Origin: a bacterium
GTDB lineage: Bacteria > SAR324 > NAC60-12
Direction of reading: 5' to 3'
DNA: 64,000 bases
Assembly (NCBI GenBank): GCA_965205865.1
Contig: CBDBHR010000029.1
Location: 32,001-96,000 of the forward strand
Every line of letters starts with the position of its first letter. The stretch's first letter is position 1. The translations under genes were made by a program, and so were the position numbers. Under the pieces are notes generated by a model. The model searched no databases. It was not told the DNA's origin and saw only the letters and a list, made by a program, of their open reading frames with translations. Of the stretch, positions 32,401-43,600 are shown in pieces.

Positions 32401-35400
32401 ATAGTTAATATTAGGATTATTATCTGCTGCGCTTCGTTGTTGTTTTGACCATGGTGGATTGCCCACGATAACCTCGATCGGTTGATCCTGTTGTCGTTCC
32501 GCACGTTCGCTGTTGTCCGGTAGCCAGGATCTGGGGAACCCCTTGCGTTCCGTATGCAGATTGAAGGTGTCCGTTAAAACGATGCCATCGAAGGGTTCAT
32601 AGGAGCTTGCCGTACCGCGCCGTCCGAGATACGCCTCCTCGATGTGAATGGCCGCAATGTAATAAGCGAGCAGGACGATCTCTTTGGCATGAAGCTCGCG
32701 ATGGTACTTCCTGGAGAGATCGGTCGGCTTGATCAGCGCGGACTGGAGCAAGCGCACCAGAAAGATTCCCGTGCCGGTGAAGGGGTCGAGGACGTGAACG
32801 CCTTCATCGCTCAGACTGCGGCCGAATTCCTTACGCAACACATGATCCGCGCTGTTGAGAATGAAGTCCACGATTTCCTCGGGGGTGTAAACGATGCCGA
32901 GGCGGTCGGAATCCTTTTTCAGGGCAGTGGCGAAGAATTTCTGGTAGAGTTCCATCAACACGCGCTGGCGGGCATCGCTGTTGTCGAGTCCACGAGCACG
33001 CAGACGGACGCTTTCGTAGAAGCGCTCGAGATCCCGCGTTTCGTTTTCAAGACCGAACTCTCCGAAATCCCGCTGCAGCGCCTCCAAGGCCTTGGCTACC
33101 GGATTGCTGGCAGCGAAATCATAATGCTCGAAAAGGGCTTCGAAGACCGGTCGCGTGAGGAGATGCTGGGCCATCATGTCGATGGCATTCTCTTTGCGGA
33201 TCGACTCGTTGATCGAGACCTTGAGTTCCTCGTGGAAGGCGTCGAACCATTTACTGAGAGTTGCGTTTTGGGGATTGGCCAGCAAGCTCTCGATGCGATG
33301 CACCAGTTTCCGGAAAATTTCCCCCACGTCCCTGGCCCAACTCTCCCAGTATTTACGATCTCCGCATTTTTCCACGACTTTGGCATAAATCGCGCCGGGT
33401 GGCAGATCCAGCGGGGGAATTGGAAATTCAAGGTTTCTCGCAGTGGCGCCATCATTGCCACTGAAGATAATGCGACTGGTCGGATTGTCGTTGAGATCGA
33501 TATGATTGATTTCGGCATTGAAGCGGTCATCGTGTGAACGCAAAGCGCACAGAACGCTCCAGACGACGGCAAAGCGTTCGTTGTCATTAAAGACTACCTC
33601 CGGATCAATGCCGGCGGGTACCGCGATGGGCAGTATGATGTAACCGTATTTTTTGCCCTCGGATTTGCGCATGACGCGACCGACGGCCTGAACGATGTCG
33701 ACGTGCGAGTTCCTGGGATTCATGAAAAGCACCGCATCCAGAGCGGGTACGTCGATCCCCTCGGAAAGGCAGCGCGCGTTGGAGAGAATACGGCAGTATT
33801 CCCCGGAACCCTCCTTCAACCATTCGATACGGGATTTACGATCGAGGGCGTGATGCTGACCGTCCACGTGTTGCGTCTCGCAGTGAAATGCGGCGGAGTT
33901 TTTTGAGTCGGGTAAGGACTCGATGGCATGTTCGATGATGCGGTTCCAATGGCTCTGCAACCTTTTCGAGGAGGCGATCGTGTTGGTGAATGCGATGGCG
34001 CGAGTGAGGGGATTGAGCGGTCCTTCTCGAGTATTTTTGTTCTCCGGATTCTGCAGGGCATTCCAGCATCCAATGATTTTAGCGGCATCGGTGATGTTGA
34101 TTTCGCTGTCTCCTTCTGCCAGGTGCGCTTGCAGAGCCGCGTCGACGAACTGTTCGGACATGGCGAAAACCACTACTTTGTAATCGGACAACAGCTCCTG
34201 TTCGACCGCGCGGGAGAAGGGAAGCCGGTGGAACTCCGGTCCATAGGTCTCAGGATCATCCATAGAGAACACTTCGACGTCGTGATGCGCCGCCTTTGCT
34301 TTGGCGCCTGCCGTGTAGAGACGAGGCGTTGCCGTCATGTAGAGTCTTTTTCTGGCCCGGATCCTCTGTTCATCGTGAACGAGTACGAAGGGTGAGGTTT
34401 TGTCAGCGGGACGATCGACACCGGTCGTCCTGTGGGCTTCGTCGCAGAGCACGATATCAAAAGCAGGCGCTCCTCCATCCTGCGCACGTTCCACAAGGCC
34501 AAGCGACTGGTAAGTACAAAAGACCACCGTCATCAGGTCCTTATGCGCATCCTCGAGCGCATTGGAAATCAGCACCGTGTCCGTGGTGACCGGAATTTCA
34601 AGCTCCTGCATCGATGCGTCTTCATCCTCTTTACCGGCACGCGTATCGGAGCAGATACCGACGTAGCGTTGTGGAACAGCCTTTTGCGTTGCCCATTCCC
34701 GCATCGACTGGGAAAAGAGGGAAATCGAAGGCACCAGATAAAGCACCCGGCCACCGATGCCTGCGGCGTCTTCCGCAATGCGCAGCGCGGTAAAGGTCTT
34801 TCCCGTACCGCAAGCCATGATCAATTTGCCCCGGTCATATTGTTCAAATTGCCTTTTGACGTCGTGCAATGCAGCCTGCTGGTGGGGACGCAGTATGAAC
34901 GGTTCGTGTCGATAGGAAAGCTCTTCCGGATCGGCATGAGCCAGATCAGGCCAGTCGAAAGACCGGCTTGCGAGATCACTGTAGTGGATCACGGCGCATG
35001 CAGGTTTCAGGGGTGCGATCGTTTTTTTCGCGTTTGGCCCCCATTCGGCACCGGTATCGACGACGATACGGGACGTGAACGGGTCACGTGCCGATGCAGA
35101 GACAAAGGAGTCGAGAGCGGGTTTCGATATCCTGGTGTCAGGCGCATAGCACTTGCACTGAATGGCGCAGTAGCCCCCTCCCCGTTCCTCCGCGACCAGA
35201 TCGATGCCCGTATCATTGCCATCGAATTCAGCCTGCTCTTCCTCCCATTCGGAGTAAAGCCGGACCTGGGAAAATCGTTCCTTGTATACCGGGTCCTCCG
35301 TCAGGTACTTCTTCATCAACCGCTCGAACTTACGCCCTTTCGCCGCTTCGGTGCCTGCAATGGACCTGATGTGATCCAACGCATTCTGAAATCCGTTGTT

Positions 35401-35415
35401 TTCGTTCATCTTCAA
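29496..35415 (-). pseudogene. Type ISP restriction-modification enzyme, copy 1 (Mrr-like nuclease, SF2 helicase, N6A MTase, TRD)
   Basis: GIDLV..AIQCK, ACGTGKT, DEAH, DPFTGTG and GNPPW motifs. Broken by frameshifts near 31730 and 30080 and by an IS630 insertion. Confidence 0.92.
30348..31522 (+). mobile_element. IS630-family element with a frameshifted transposase
   Basis: TA duplicated on both sides (CTAG context), with TAGTGT inverted ends. THWSTR, VDEK, HDYIRHGT, LDNYATHK and PTSSSWL motifs are spread over several frames. Confidence 0.92.
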
Positions 35416-35602
35416 TTAACTTTAATTTTTGACTTGATGTGGTGAGAAATCTCAGAAAATTCGATGCTGGTCCGAATAGATTTTACTAAATGCCATATAA
35501 TTTGCTTTCAAATTCGAGTATTAATTGATCCCTGTATTCAGCATTATCAATTTGTTTAAACAGTTCTAACTCTTCTAATGCCTCACCAAGATTTGACTGA
35601 TC

Positions 35603-35920
35603 TTAGTTCATTTTTTCATAAACTGCATAACTCGGATTAACTTCGATACCCGAAATTTGACAAAAAGCCAGCAGTGCTACTGCATCTCTATAAATTTCTT
35701 TAGGCTGTTCTTTTTTAACTGAATTAATCAGGAACTGATAGATATTGAGATCTAAAAGCAAATTGTATGTAACACCTTCATCCTCCCCGTTAATTATGTA
35801 ATTAGCAGGGTTATAGATTTCTTCGCGTACTTCTAGATCATAATTATGTATCAACCAATTTCTTTTTTTAAAAGAATCAATTACTTCAAAGATATACGGG
35901 GGTACCATAACGTAATTCAT
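35603..35920 (-). pseudogene. Hypothetical AT-rich gene fragment
   Basis: 105-aa ORF of no recognised family, lying between the MITEs and the ISP gene. Confidence 0.4.
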
Positions 35921-35936
35921 TGCATAGCTTAGTAGT

Positions 35937-36145
35937 TAGTGCTTGGCAGAAAAATACTCAAATTGTTGATATTAAATGACATTTTTTCAATTTCATAGGA
36001 TGAAGATTTGTTTGATACAGTGTTCAGATGGCCAAAATCAGCAAAAAATGGGATTTTTGATGAGATTCCCCAAAATCTTCGTTTCTTGAAAATAGGTGAA
36101 TACCATTAAATATCATGTAGTTATCTAATTTTCGGCCAAGCACTA
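35937..36145. mobile_element. MITE family A
   Basis: TAGTGCTTGGCAGAAAA ... TTTTCGGCCAAGCACTA, with TAGTTA overlapping both ends. Confidence 0.9.
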
Positions 36146-36180
36146 GTTAGAAGTTTAATAAGAATTAGATAGTGTAAATT

Positions 36181-36436
36181 AACCTGAGTTCGAGATAAGA
36201 ATTTAATAAATTCAATAAGTTATAGAATCTTCATATCTTAGAGAAACCTTGTCATTCCTGCGAGATCCCTGCGTACGCAGGGAAGGAATCCGGTGGTATG
36301 CAGCCAGACTGAAATCCGGATCCCCGCTCCCCGCTCCCCGCTTTCGCGGAGACAAGTTTCGCGGAGACAAGTTTCGCGAGGATGACATATACACTAGGAT
36401 ACTCATATTATTGAAGATTTATGTCGAACTCAGGTT
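36181..36436. mobile_element. MITE family B (inverted relative to the 12772 copy)
   Basis: AACCTGAGTTCGA / TCGAACTCAGGTT ends, AAATT duplication and internal REP-like palindromes. Confidence 0.9.
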
Positions 36437-36475
36437 AAATTAAATTGTGTGATATTGAGAAGGGCTTGAATCCAA

Positions 36476-36527
36476 GGGACTTTCCCGGTAGGTTTGATGT
36501 TGTCAAACCTACCTGGAAAGTCCCTTA
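36476..36527. repeat. Long near-perfect hairpin
   Basis: AAGGGACTTTCCCGGTAGGTTTGA-TGTTG-TCAAACCTACCTGGAAAGTCCCTT. Confidence 0.85.
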
Positions 36528-36570
36528 AAAATTGAATTGACTGTAACGGGATCTAAGAAAATGCTCAATA

Positions 36571-37242
36571 CTATTCAAAGTCCGGCACATCCGGAAATTT
36601 CACTATCTCGCCTTCTGTTTCAACGATGGCATTCCGGATTTTCTCGGAAAAAGATGAGTCTCGTATGCATTTCAGGTACTTGACCAGTGGAAACATTTCA
36701 GGCGTGTGAACCAGTGCCGTTCCAGTTCGTTTTGCAGCTTGACGGACCTTATCCGTGAAAGGTGGATGTTTTCGATTGTCCGGCTCGATTAGTCTGAAGG
36801 GATTACCAAACAAAACTCCCTTGGCTGGCTCTGTTATTTCAGGTCTGGCAAAATCTTCACTGATATGCCGCTCCAACTGCTGGAACTTATGGATGTCAAT
36901 GGGCTTATTATCCTTGCCTTCGACTTCACCAAGACAACGATTCTGTGCTGATTCAAAGACAATGTCGAAGTCTGAATCTTTATCACTGTACCGGTCTGCA
37001 CTGAAGCCGAAGGTTTCCATGGCGTCAATGACAGCCGATTCCAAAATTATTCCGGCTTTTCGTGTGTAGGTCATGTTCATGCCGAGGGTGAAATCCCAGG
37101 CACCAAAGGAAAGGCGGCGGATTCGGGTTCCCGCATTGCAAATTTCTCTTAGTGCTGCAATACCTTTGCTGGTTTCAATCACAGGGATGATATCGATCTT
37201 TCTTTCTTCCAACCCCCGTTCCCCTTCCAACTGCCGGATCAC
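36571..37242 (-). pseudogene. Chimeric ORF: HpcH/CitE aldolase fragment fused to the C-terminus of the ISP-partner gene
   Basis: IIPVIETSKGI..LSFGAWDF is followed by LESAVIDAMETFGF..., which is homologous to 58816-59300. Confidence 0.8.
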
Positions 37243-37408
37243 CTGACCTTGAGCATGTTTTGCGCAAGAGATCTTCAGTCAATGATTTTGATTTGTTAAG
37301 CAATAGTTGTCCTTTTTTGTATCGTTTTTGCAATTTTTTGTAAAAAGTTATCTTTTTTTGTAAAATTCTCTTCTATTCCAAGTGACACCCCTTTTGTTAA
37401 ACTCTCTT

Positions 37409-38419
37409 CTATTCCAAGTGACGCCCCATTACAGGCAGGAAATGACGCACATGATTTGCGGGAATTTGTTGACCTGCCGGGATCAGGTTTTCTACAAAAC
37501 GCTCGTCTTCTTCTGTGAATGGATGCTCAAAAGCTTTGAGGTAACCAAACAATTGCTCTACATTGCGAGGCCCGGCGACGACACTTTTCACAATCCGGTT
37601 CTGAAGAACCCAAAGCACGGCAAATTGGACAGGTCCCATCTTTTGGTTTTCTGCATGTTGCTTTATTTTTTGAGCAAGCTCCAAACTCTCTGGATGGTAT
37701 TCCGCTTTCATGGTGAATGAGGTTTCCAATGATTTACGACTCTCCTTTGGGGGAGGGGTTCCTGGTTGGTATTTCCCAGTAAGAACGCCACGTGCTAAGG
37801 GAGAATAACCTATAACCGAGATACCGAAATGCTCACAGGCTGGCAGGTATTCTCTCTCTGCAAAACGCTTGAATACATTATAATGTGTTTGAGCGATCAC
37901 AGGGCGAGGGATTCTTTCAAGGTCACAGATTCGGATGATTTCTGCTATTTGCCAGGCATAATAATTCGAAAAACCCCAACACCGTGCTCTGCCGGATTCG
38001 ACAACCTCTCCCATTGTGCGAACCGTTTCGGCAATTGGAGTTTGAGGATCGTTGCAGTGCAAATAATAAATATCGACAAACTCTGTGCCGAGCCGTTTTA
38101 AGCTGGATTCAAATTTTTTTAGAATTCGATCTCGATTCAATCGAGGTCCTTGACCATCGGATGGAAGCGGGTAGCCAGTTTTTGTGGCAAGGATCCATCG
38201 TTTTCGGTCATCGCGAATCAATTCACCTAAGAGACGCTCCGATTTACCGTTTTGATAAGCATCTGCGGTGTCTAGAAAATTGATTCCTTGCTGACGTAGG
38301 GTTTCGATCATTTGTTCAGCTTCTTGTTGCTCCACCAACCCCCCAAGCATATCGGTACCCCAACAAAGGGCGGAAACTTCAATCCCCGTATTTCCAATGG
38401 TTTTATACTGCATCCTCAT
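37409..38419 (-). CDS. Aldo/keto reductase
   Basis: GINFLDTADAY..SERLLG, ATK, SLKRLGT..DIYYLH and YSPLARGVLTGKY motifs. Confidence 0.93.
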   Translation of the reverse strand: MRMQYKTIGNTGIEVSALCWGTDMLGGLVEQQEAEQMIETLRQQGINFLDTADAYQNGKSERLLGELIRDDRKRWILATKTGYPLPSDGQGPRLNRDRILKKFESSLKRLGTEFVDIYYLHCNDPQTPIAETVRTMGEVVESGRARCWGFSNYYAWQIAEIIRICDLERIPRPVIAQTHYNVFKRFAEREYLPACEHFGISVIGYSPLARGVLTGKYQPGTPPPKESRKSLETSFTMKAEYHPESLELAQKIKQHAENQKMGPVQFAVLWVLQNRIVKSVVAGPRNVEQLFGYLKAFEHPFTEEDERFVENLIPAGQQIPANHVRHFLPVMGRHLE

Positions 38420-39420
38420 CACCAAACTTTTTGTATTTTGATAGGTCGATTTTCAGCAATCGATTGAATGGCAGCCTCAGCCACTGCCTGTGCCTTCAGA
38501 CCGTCTCTTAGCGTAGCATGGACTGGGGTTGATTCTGTTAAAGAAGCCACCAGCATGTCTAATTCCGTAGAATATGTTTGCTTGAATTGCTCATACCAAG
38601 AATGGTGAATACCTTCTGTAGAAATAGCGCCTTCAGTATAAAGCAATGTGGTTCCTGTCGGTTGTCTTCCGGCTTGTAGCATCCCTTCAGAGCCGACAAC
38701 TTCGATCAGTTCATCTTGCCCAAAAACCGCTCGTCGACTAAAATTAAAGGAAACCAATGCTTCATTTTCCAGCCGCATCACCAAGGAAGCGGAATCCACT
38801 TTTCCGTAGTCAGCAAACCGTTTATCAATCAAACAGGCTCCTGCAGCATAGATTTCTTTCGGATCCGATGCGGAGATCCAAGAAGCAAGGTCGAAAAAAT
38901 GGGTTCCTTTTGTACGCATCATCCCTCCGGAAGCAGGCAGAGCCTCATGAGGGGGGGCTTGATGACTGCGTGATACAATATGGATCATCTCCACTTTGCC
39001 AAGCTGGCCTGCTCTCACCCGATCAAAGACAGACCGATAATCGTAGTCCAAACGACGATTGAAACCCATTGCGGTTACAATACCGGAATCTTCCACGGCT
39101 CGAATACAGTTGAGAGCCCCTTGCAGACTAATCGCGATGGGTTTCTCACAAAGAAACGCTTTACCGGCTTTTGCGCAGGCGAGAACCTGCTCTTCATGGG
39201 CCGAAGTCGTTGAGGCAATGATTACAACGTCTACTCGGTCGTCCTCCAAGGCTGAACCCACCGTCGTGCTGGGAGAACCACCAAACTGTTCAGTGAGTTT
39301 CTGGGTCCGGTCAACCATCGGATCGACCACGTGAATTAACTGGTAGTGCGGATGCAACCAAACGTTACGGGCATGAATCGTTCCAATCGCACCGGCTCCA
39401 AACAACGCAAATCCAACCAT
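38419..39420 (-). CDS. Gfo/Idh/MocA oxidoreductase (inositol 2-dehydrogenase-like)
   Basis: GAGAIG, CEKPI, GFNRR and SGGMM..H.FD motifs. Confidence 0.88.
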   Translation of the reverse strand: MVGFALFGAGAIGTIHARNVWLHPHYQLIHVVDPMVDRTQKLTEQFGGSPSTTVGSALEDDRVDVVIIASTTSAHEEQVLACAKAGKAFLCEKPIAISLQGALNCIRAVEDSGIVTAMGFNRRLDYDYRSVFDRVRAGQLGKVEMIHIVSRSHQAPPHEALPASGGMMRTKGTHFFDLASWISASDPKEIYAAGACLIDKRFADYGKVDSASLVMRLENEALVSFNFSRRAVFGQDELIEVVGSEGMLQAGRQPTGTTLLYTEGAISTEGIHHSWYEQFKQTYSTELDMLVASLTESTPVHATLRDGLKAQAVAEAAIQSIAENRPIKIQKVW

Positions 39421-39544
39421 GAGTATCTCCTGCTTTTCATTAATTTCACTATTCTCAATTTTCTGCGATCAGAAAATTATTTTCGTCGTTTCCCTGCCAC
39501 TGGTCAAAGGTTTCGGGTTGAGTCACTTCATACCATTGTGAAAC

Positions 39545-39911
39545 AGGGTCAGGCTTGCAAGTTTGTAAAAATGGGTATTCTTTAAATTTTAACCTTTTTC
39601 AATTTGCCAAGATGTCTCGGAAAACGCTTTTGTACGACCCTGGTACGCTTTATCATGTGATACTTCGAGGCAATGGGGGCCAACGTATTATTTTCGATGA
39701 CTGCGACTCTCGACGCTTTTATCAGTCTTCGATTGGAAATCTGCAACAATCCGGGAAGTGGCAAATGCTCTCAATCGAGATGATTCTACTATCAGTCGTG
39801 GAGTGCATAAGTTGAGAGAAAGATTGAAGGAATCCACAAATCTCCAAGAGCGGTTAAAAAACTCAACCTGAAAATGTTTTCTTAAATTCGCAAACTTGCA
39901 AGCCTGACCCC
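39545..39911 (+). mobile_element. RAYT/Y1-transposase-derived non-autonomous element, about 370 bp
   Basis: GGGTCAGGCTTGCAAGTTTG / CAAACTTGCAAGCCTGACCCC ends. The interior has LYHVILRGNGGQ.IF.DD.D joined to the HTH tail TIREVANALNRDDSTISRG. Confidence 0.88.
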
Positions 39912-39914
39912 CTC

Positions 39915-40007
39915 AAATGTCCACTTCAAGACTAAGAACCGCCCTGTGCGGACCAGCATGCAGGGTGGTGTGGTGGGGTAGCGGAGAAAAACCGCTACTT
40001 ACCCGAT
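39915..40007 (+). mobile_element. Group II intron 3' remnant (domains V-VI, IIC-like)
   Basis: GAACCGCCCTGTGCGGACCAGCATGCAGGGTGGTGTG..GTAGCGGAGAAAAACCGCTACTTACCCGAT. Confidence 0.8.
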
Positions 40008-40308
40008 TATTTTTCTTCATCCTCTGGGGTGAAAATAATTTACATAAATGATACGAGGGGCTTGTACATAGGATTGAGGCGTGCTCTCCACATGATACTT
40101 TAGGTGACTGGGGAGGGCTTGGAGATTTTGTAAAAGGAGCAATGGCTCGCAAATCAGTATGAAGATGGGTCGCACTGTTTTATACAGTAGGCAATGTGTT
40201 ACCTTGGAAAGTCGGGTGAGACGCAATCCCCAGTTGGGTGAAGAACTCTTGGACTTGAGACGATATGTTATTACCAATATGCAAACCTGACCCAAACTTA
40301 ATTTGATG

Positions 40309-41088
40309 TTACCCATGGACGTGCTGATACATCTTTCGTATAACTTTGAGGATTTTTGGTGCGTTGGCAAGGTATCGATTTTTTGTCTGTTCTTTGATAT
40401 CTCGAGGAATACCATGTAGCGCCTCGGCAATGGGACCAGCAATGGCTGCGAGGGTATCAGAATCGCCCCCCAGAGAGACAGCATTACGCACCGCATCTTT
40501 AAAACTATCTGATTCCAGCGCGCATGTAATCGCCTGCGGCACGGTGTCCTGGCAAGTCTCGTAAAATTTGTAACCGGGCCGAATTTCGTCTACAGTCCGG
40601 GTCAAGTCATAGCCGTATTCGGTGGTGATAAACTCTCGGATAAACGTTACATTCTTGCCTTGATATGCGAGCCAGATGGCGTGCGTTGTTGCTCTCGCTC
40701 CTTTAATACCCTCGGGGTGATTGTGGGTGACGGAGGTTACTTTGTCGGAAGCAATGAGTGCCGTATCCAAGTCGCCACGGTGTAAGAATGCTGCTGGTGA
40801 GACGCGCATCGCCGCACCATTTCCATAACTTCCGTAAGGTTCAGGCTGATTCAAATCAATCCAGTCTCTGAACATACCGCCGTAGCCACGCCCCGGAAAA
40901 CGGCGACACCACCTCTGCAGCGTTTCCGCAGGCGGGACTTCGCGCATCAGAATATCAGCAACAGCTGCAGTACAAACCGAATCGTCCGTGAAATCACAGC
41001 CATTGCCGAAGAAAGCAAAATCCTTGGTTTTTATTGGGTTCCACTCATAGATAGAACCGACGATGTCCCCGATAACTGCGCCTATCAT
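40309..41088 (-). CDS. ADP-ribosylglycohydrolase
   Basis: MIGAVIGDIVGS, FTDDS, GNGAAMRVSP, THNHPEG and GGDSDT motifs. Confidence 0.93.
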   Translation of the reverse strand: MIGAVIGDIVGSIYEWNPIKTKDFAFFGNGCDFTDDSVCTAAVADILMREVPPAETLQRWCRRFPGRGYGGMFRDWIDLNQPEPYGSYGNGAAMRVSPAAFLHRGDLDTALIASDKVTSVTHNHPEGIKGARATTHAIWLAYQGKNVTFIREFITTEYGYDLTRTVDEIRPGYKFYETCQDTVPQAITCALESDSFKDAVRNAVSLGGDSDTLAAIAGPIAEALHGIPRDIKEQTKNRYLANAPKILKVIRKMYQHVHG

Positions 41089-41407
41089 ATACTCTCCATC
41101 TTGCAAATAGTCTTTCAGAATATCGGGCATTGGACAGTAGTGATTTATTGAAAAAAAACTATCCATAGCCCTTTGCAAGAGCATGACACAATTCGACTTT
41201 ACGGACAAGCGTCAATTCCGACAGATAGATTATTTGTTTCTCCTCTTGGGGGTTGTGGTATGGAAGAAGTTGAATTAATCCTCATTTTTGAAAAACATCA
41301 AAAAATTGACGTCAGAAAAAAATTTTATTTACGATTTCAAATTTTCTTTTATTGTCGGTTTATATCCTGCCGCATTGAATTTCACAGGTTACGCACGAGC
41401 ATTTCAC

Positions 41408-41610
41408 ATGAAACTCCTTTCCTGGAACGTTAACGTTTATACCTTGTCCCAAAATTTAAACAAAGTTGTTGAAGCTATTGGTTCCGTAAAGCCGGACCTG
41501 GTCACATTGCAGGAGGTCAATTCGGAGCTCGCCGGTGAGATGGCGAAATGCCTCGCTGGTCTCGGACTCAAAGACTCCTTTGACAGTGGCAAAGATGCGC
41601 CTGCCAAGGT
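41408..41610 (+). pseudogene. Endonuclease/exonuclease/phosphatase-family N-terminal fragment
   Basis: MKLLSWNVN..PDLVTLQEV, after which similarity is lost. Confidence 0.7.
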
Positions 41611-41738
41611 TAACTTGGTTTTGTCACTCATACCAACGATGATGAATTTTTTAAATGACTTGGGGCAAAATCAAATAAAACACGAAAATTCCGGAGATTC
41701 TGTTTTTGATCTCCCCTATAATTGAAAGGAAAGAATGT

Positions 41739-42713
41739 ATGACTACCGAGAAACTGGGAAAATTGGAACAAATTGATCTCCGTAGTGTTTGGGAATATGA
41801 AGAAAACGACTTCACGCCCTGGCTCGTGGAAGAAGAAAACCTGAATGATCTCGGCGAACTCTTGGCAATTCCATTGGAGTTTCCGGAACGTGAGAAAGCC
41901 ATTGGCCCTTACTACGCCGATGTCTTATGCAGAGATACAGATGATGACCGTTATGTCGACATCGAGAACCAGTTGGAAGTATCAGATCACGACCACCTGG
42001 GCAAACTGTTGACTTATGCTGCGCATTTCGACGCTTCGACCGTGATTTGGATCGCCAAGTCTTTCACTGATCAACACCGTGCGGCAGTGGACTGGCTCAA
42101 CGAGCATTCGGATGAAAAGACTCGATACTTTGGATTGGAAATTGAAGTCTGGCAAATCGGGGAGTCTGCTTACGCGCCAAAGTTCAATATCGTGGCCAAA
42201 CCGAATAATTGGACCAAGGGCACCCAGACCATGGGCTTGACCACACTTCGACAAATGCAACTCAAATTCTGGCAGGGCTTCAAGAACTATGTAAAAGATC
42301 ATGGAGAGCTTATAAAGCAAACCGCAGAACCTCAACCTAAGAATTGGATGGGGCTGGGCAAAAAAATCGGGCGTCCCGGTTTTTATCTCGATGCAGTTAC
42401 CTCCGGGCACAATGAACTGAGAGCGCAACTTTCCATGAATAAAAGTAAATTCCCTGCTCATTTCTATGAACAACTAAAATCTCAAAGAGAAGAGATCGAA
42501 TGCGAGATGGGACAGAAACTGACTTGGAACGATGATCCCAGTAGGATAAGTTCTCGTCAAGACGTTCCGGACCTAAATGATGAAAAAGCTCGTCTCAAGC
42601 AATATGCCTGGCTTCTGGAACAACTGGAGAAGCTTTATCGGGTTTTCTCGTGCTCGGGTCGGATTCAGAAACTGAAGGATCCGGAGGAACCACCAAACGA
42701 ACCATTAGAGTAA
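41739..42713 (+). CDS. DUF4268-domain protein with an N-terminal nuclease-like domain
   Basis: LRSVWEYEENDFTPWL, ADVL..IENQL..DHDHLGKLLTYAA, and the C-terminal segment FYEQLKSQREEIE..G.KLTW. Confidence 0.85.
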   Translation: MTTEKLGKLEQIDLRSVWEYEENDFTPWLVEEENLNDLGELLAIPLEFPEREKAIGPYYADVLCRDTDDDRYVDIENQLEVSDHDHLGKLLTYAAHFDASTVIWIAKSFTDQHRAAVDWLNEHSDEKTRYFGLEIEVWQIGESAYAPKFNIVAKPNNWTKGTQTMGLTTLRQMQLKFWQGFKNYVKDHGELIKQTAEPQPKNWMGLGKKIGRPGFYLDAVTSGHNELRAQLSMNKSKFPAHFYEQLKSQREEIECEMGQKLTWNDDPSRISSRQDVPDLNDEKARLKQYAWLLEQLEKLYRVFSCSGRIQKLKDPEEPPNEPLE

Positions 42714-43031
42714 TAGCCATTGTCATCAAACGGAGAAAAATCTGATCATTTTGTAAAGGGATCAATACCGGATCTTCTATCAAAAACTGATGATGATCGA
42801 ACTCTCTGAAGACTGTCTACAGAAGGATTACCTTAGCTTTTTGAGTCCCCTTCCTCGTTCAACCACCAGTATACGTGCGTCCCTGCGAACGCGGCGTTCG
42901 ACTGGGTGTAGTACCAGGGTGTTTTACCCGCATTGTACGTTTATCACCCTGATTTACCGGTCCTGCTGCGGGGCTTCCACGCGGACGGTGACGATATCCG
43001 TGCCATGGTATTGCTAAAGAGGGGTCAGGCT

Positions 43032-43600
43032 GTGCGCCAGGAAAGCTGGCAAGAAATAGAGAGTGAAAGTCTCTTACTCGGTAAGGCAGTAACGACCCGC
43101 CGAGTCCCCGAGTCATGAGTGGTTATTCGCAAGGATAGGCGCTAAGCGTTGACAGGGGAGAACACAGGCTCGGTATTGAGCTCCGAAATCATAGTTTCAG
43201 GCGCTGACCTTGTGGTCTGGTGGGGAAGGCCATATCAACCGAAGGCGTTAGCGTGAGTCTCGGCTGAGCCTGGCGGAGTCAAAGACCCGGCGCAGGTGTG
43301 GAAGTTTCTTGATCGGAACCTGGGAGATCCTGAAGACGACTGTCAACATTCTATTGGTAGTCAGATCGGGAAAATTAATAAATAACCCCGATATCTACGT
43401 CTTCAGGAAGTCGGACAAGTTCGTAGTAGCGATGAAGCGGCGAACAATGAGATCATTTTCAGAGAGTAACAATGCAAAGGAAATCAACGGAGCCTGTGGA
43501 GCAAAGGGACTTGGCTGAGAGGAATTCTGCTTGCCCTCCCGTATTCGGAACTCAGAGGCCGGTAAAATCAGAGAGCGGTTTAAGCAGGGTGCGCCAAACG
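43032..43600 (+). mobile_element. Group II intron 5' part, truncated at the start of the RT ORF
   Basis: Starts GTGCGCCAGGAAAGCTGGC. Conserved blocks TAAGCGTTGACAGGGG, TGAGCTCCGAAA, GGGGAAGGC and GGAAGTCGGAC. Ends in SGLSRVRQTA. Confidence 0.85.

Noticed and set aside
32644-35445. Long plus-strand ORFs over the ISP genes (also 56054..58261)
   Set aside because: Antisense frames produced by the codon bias of the minus-strand gene.
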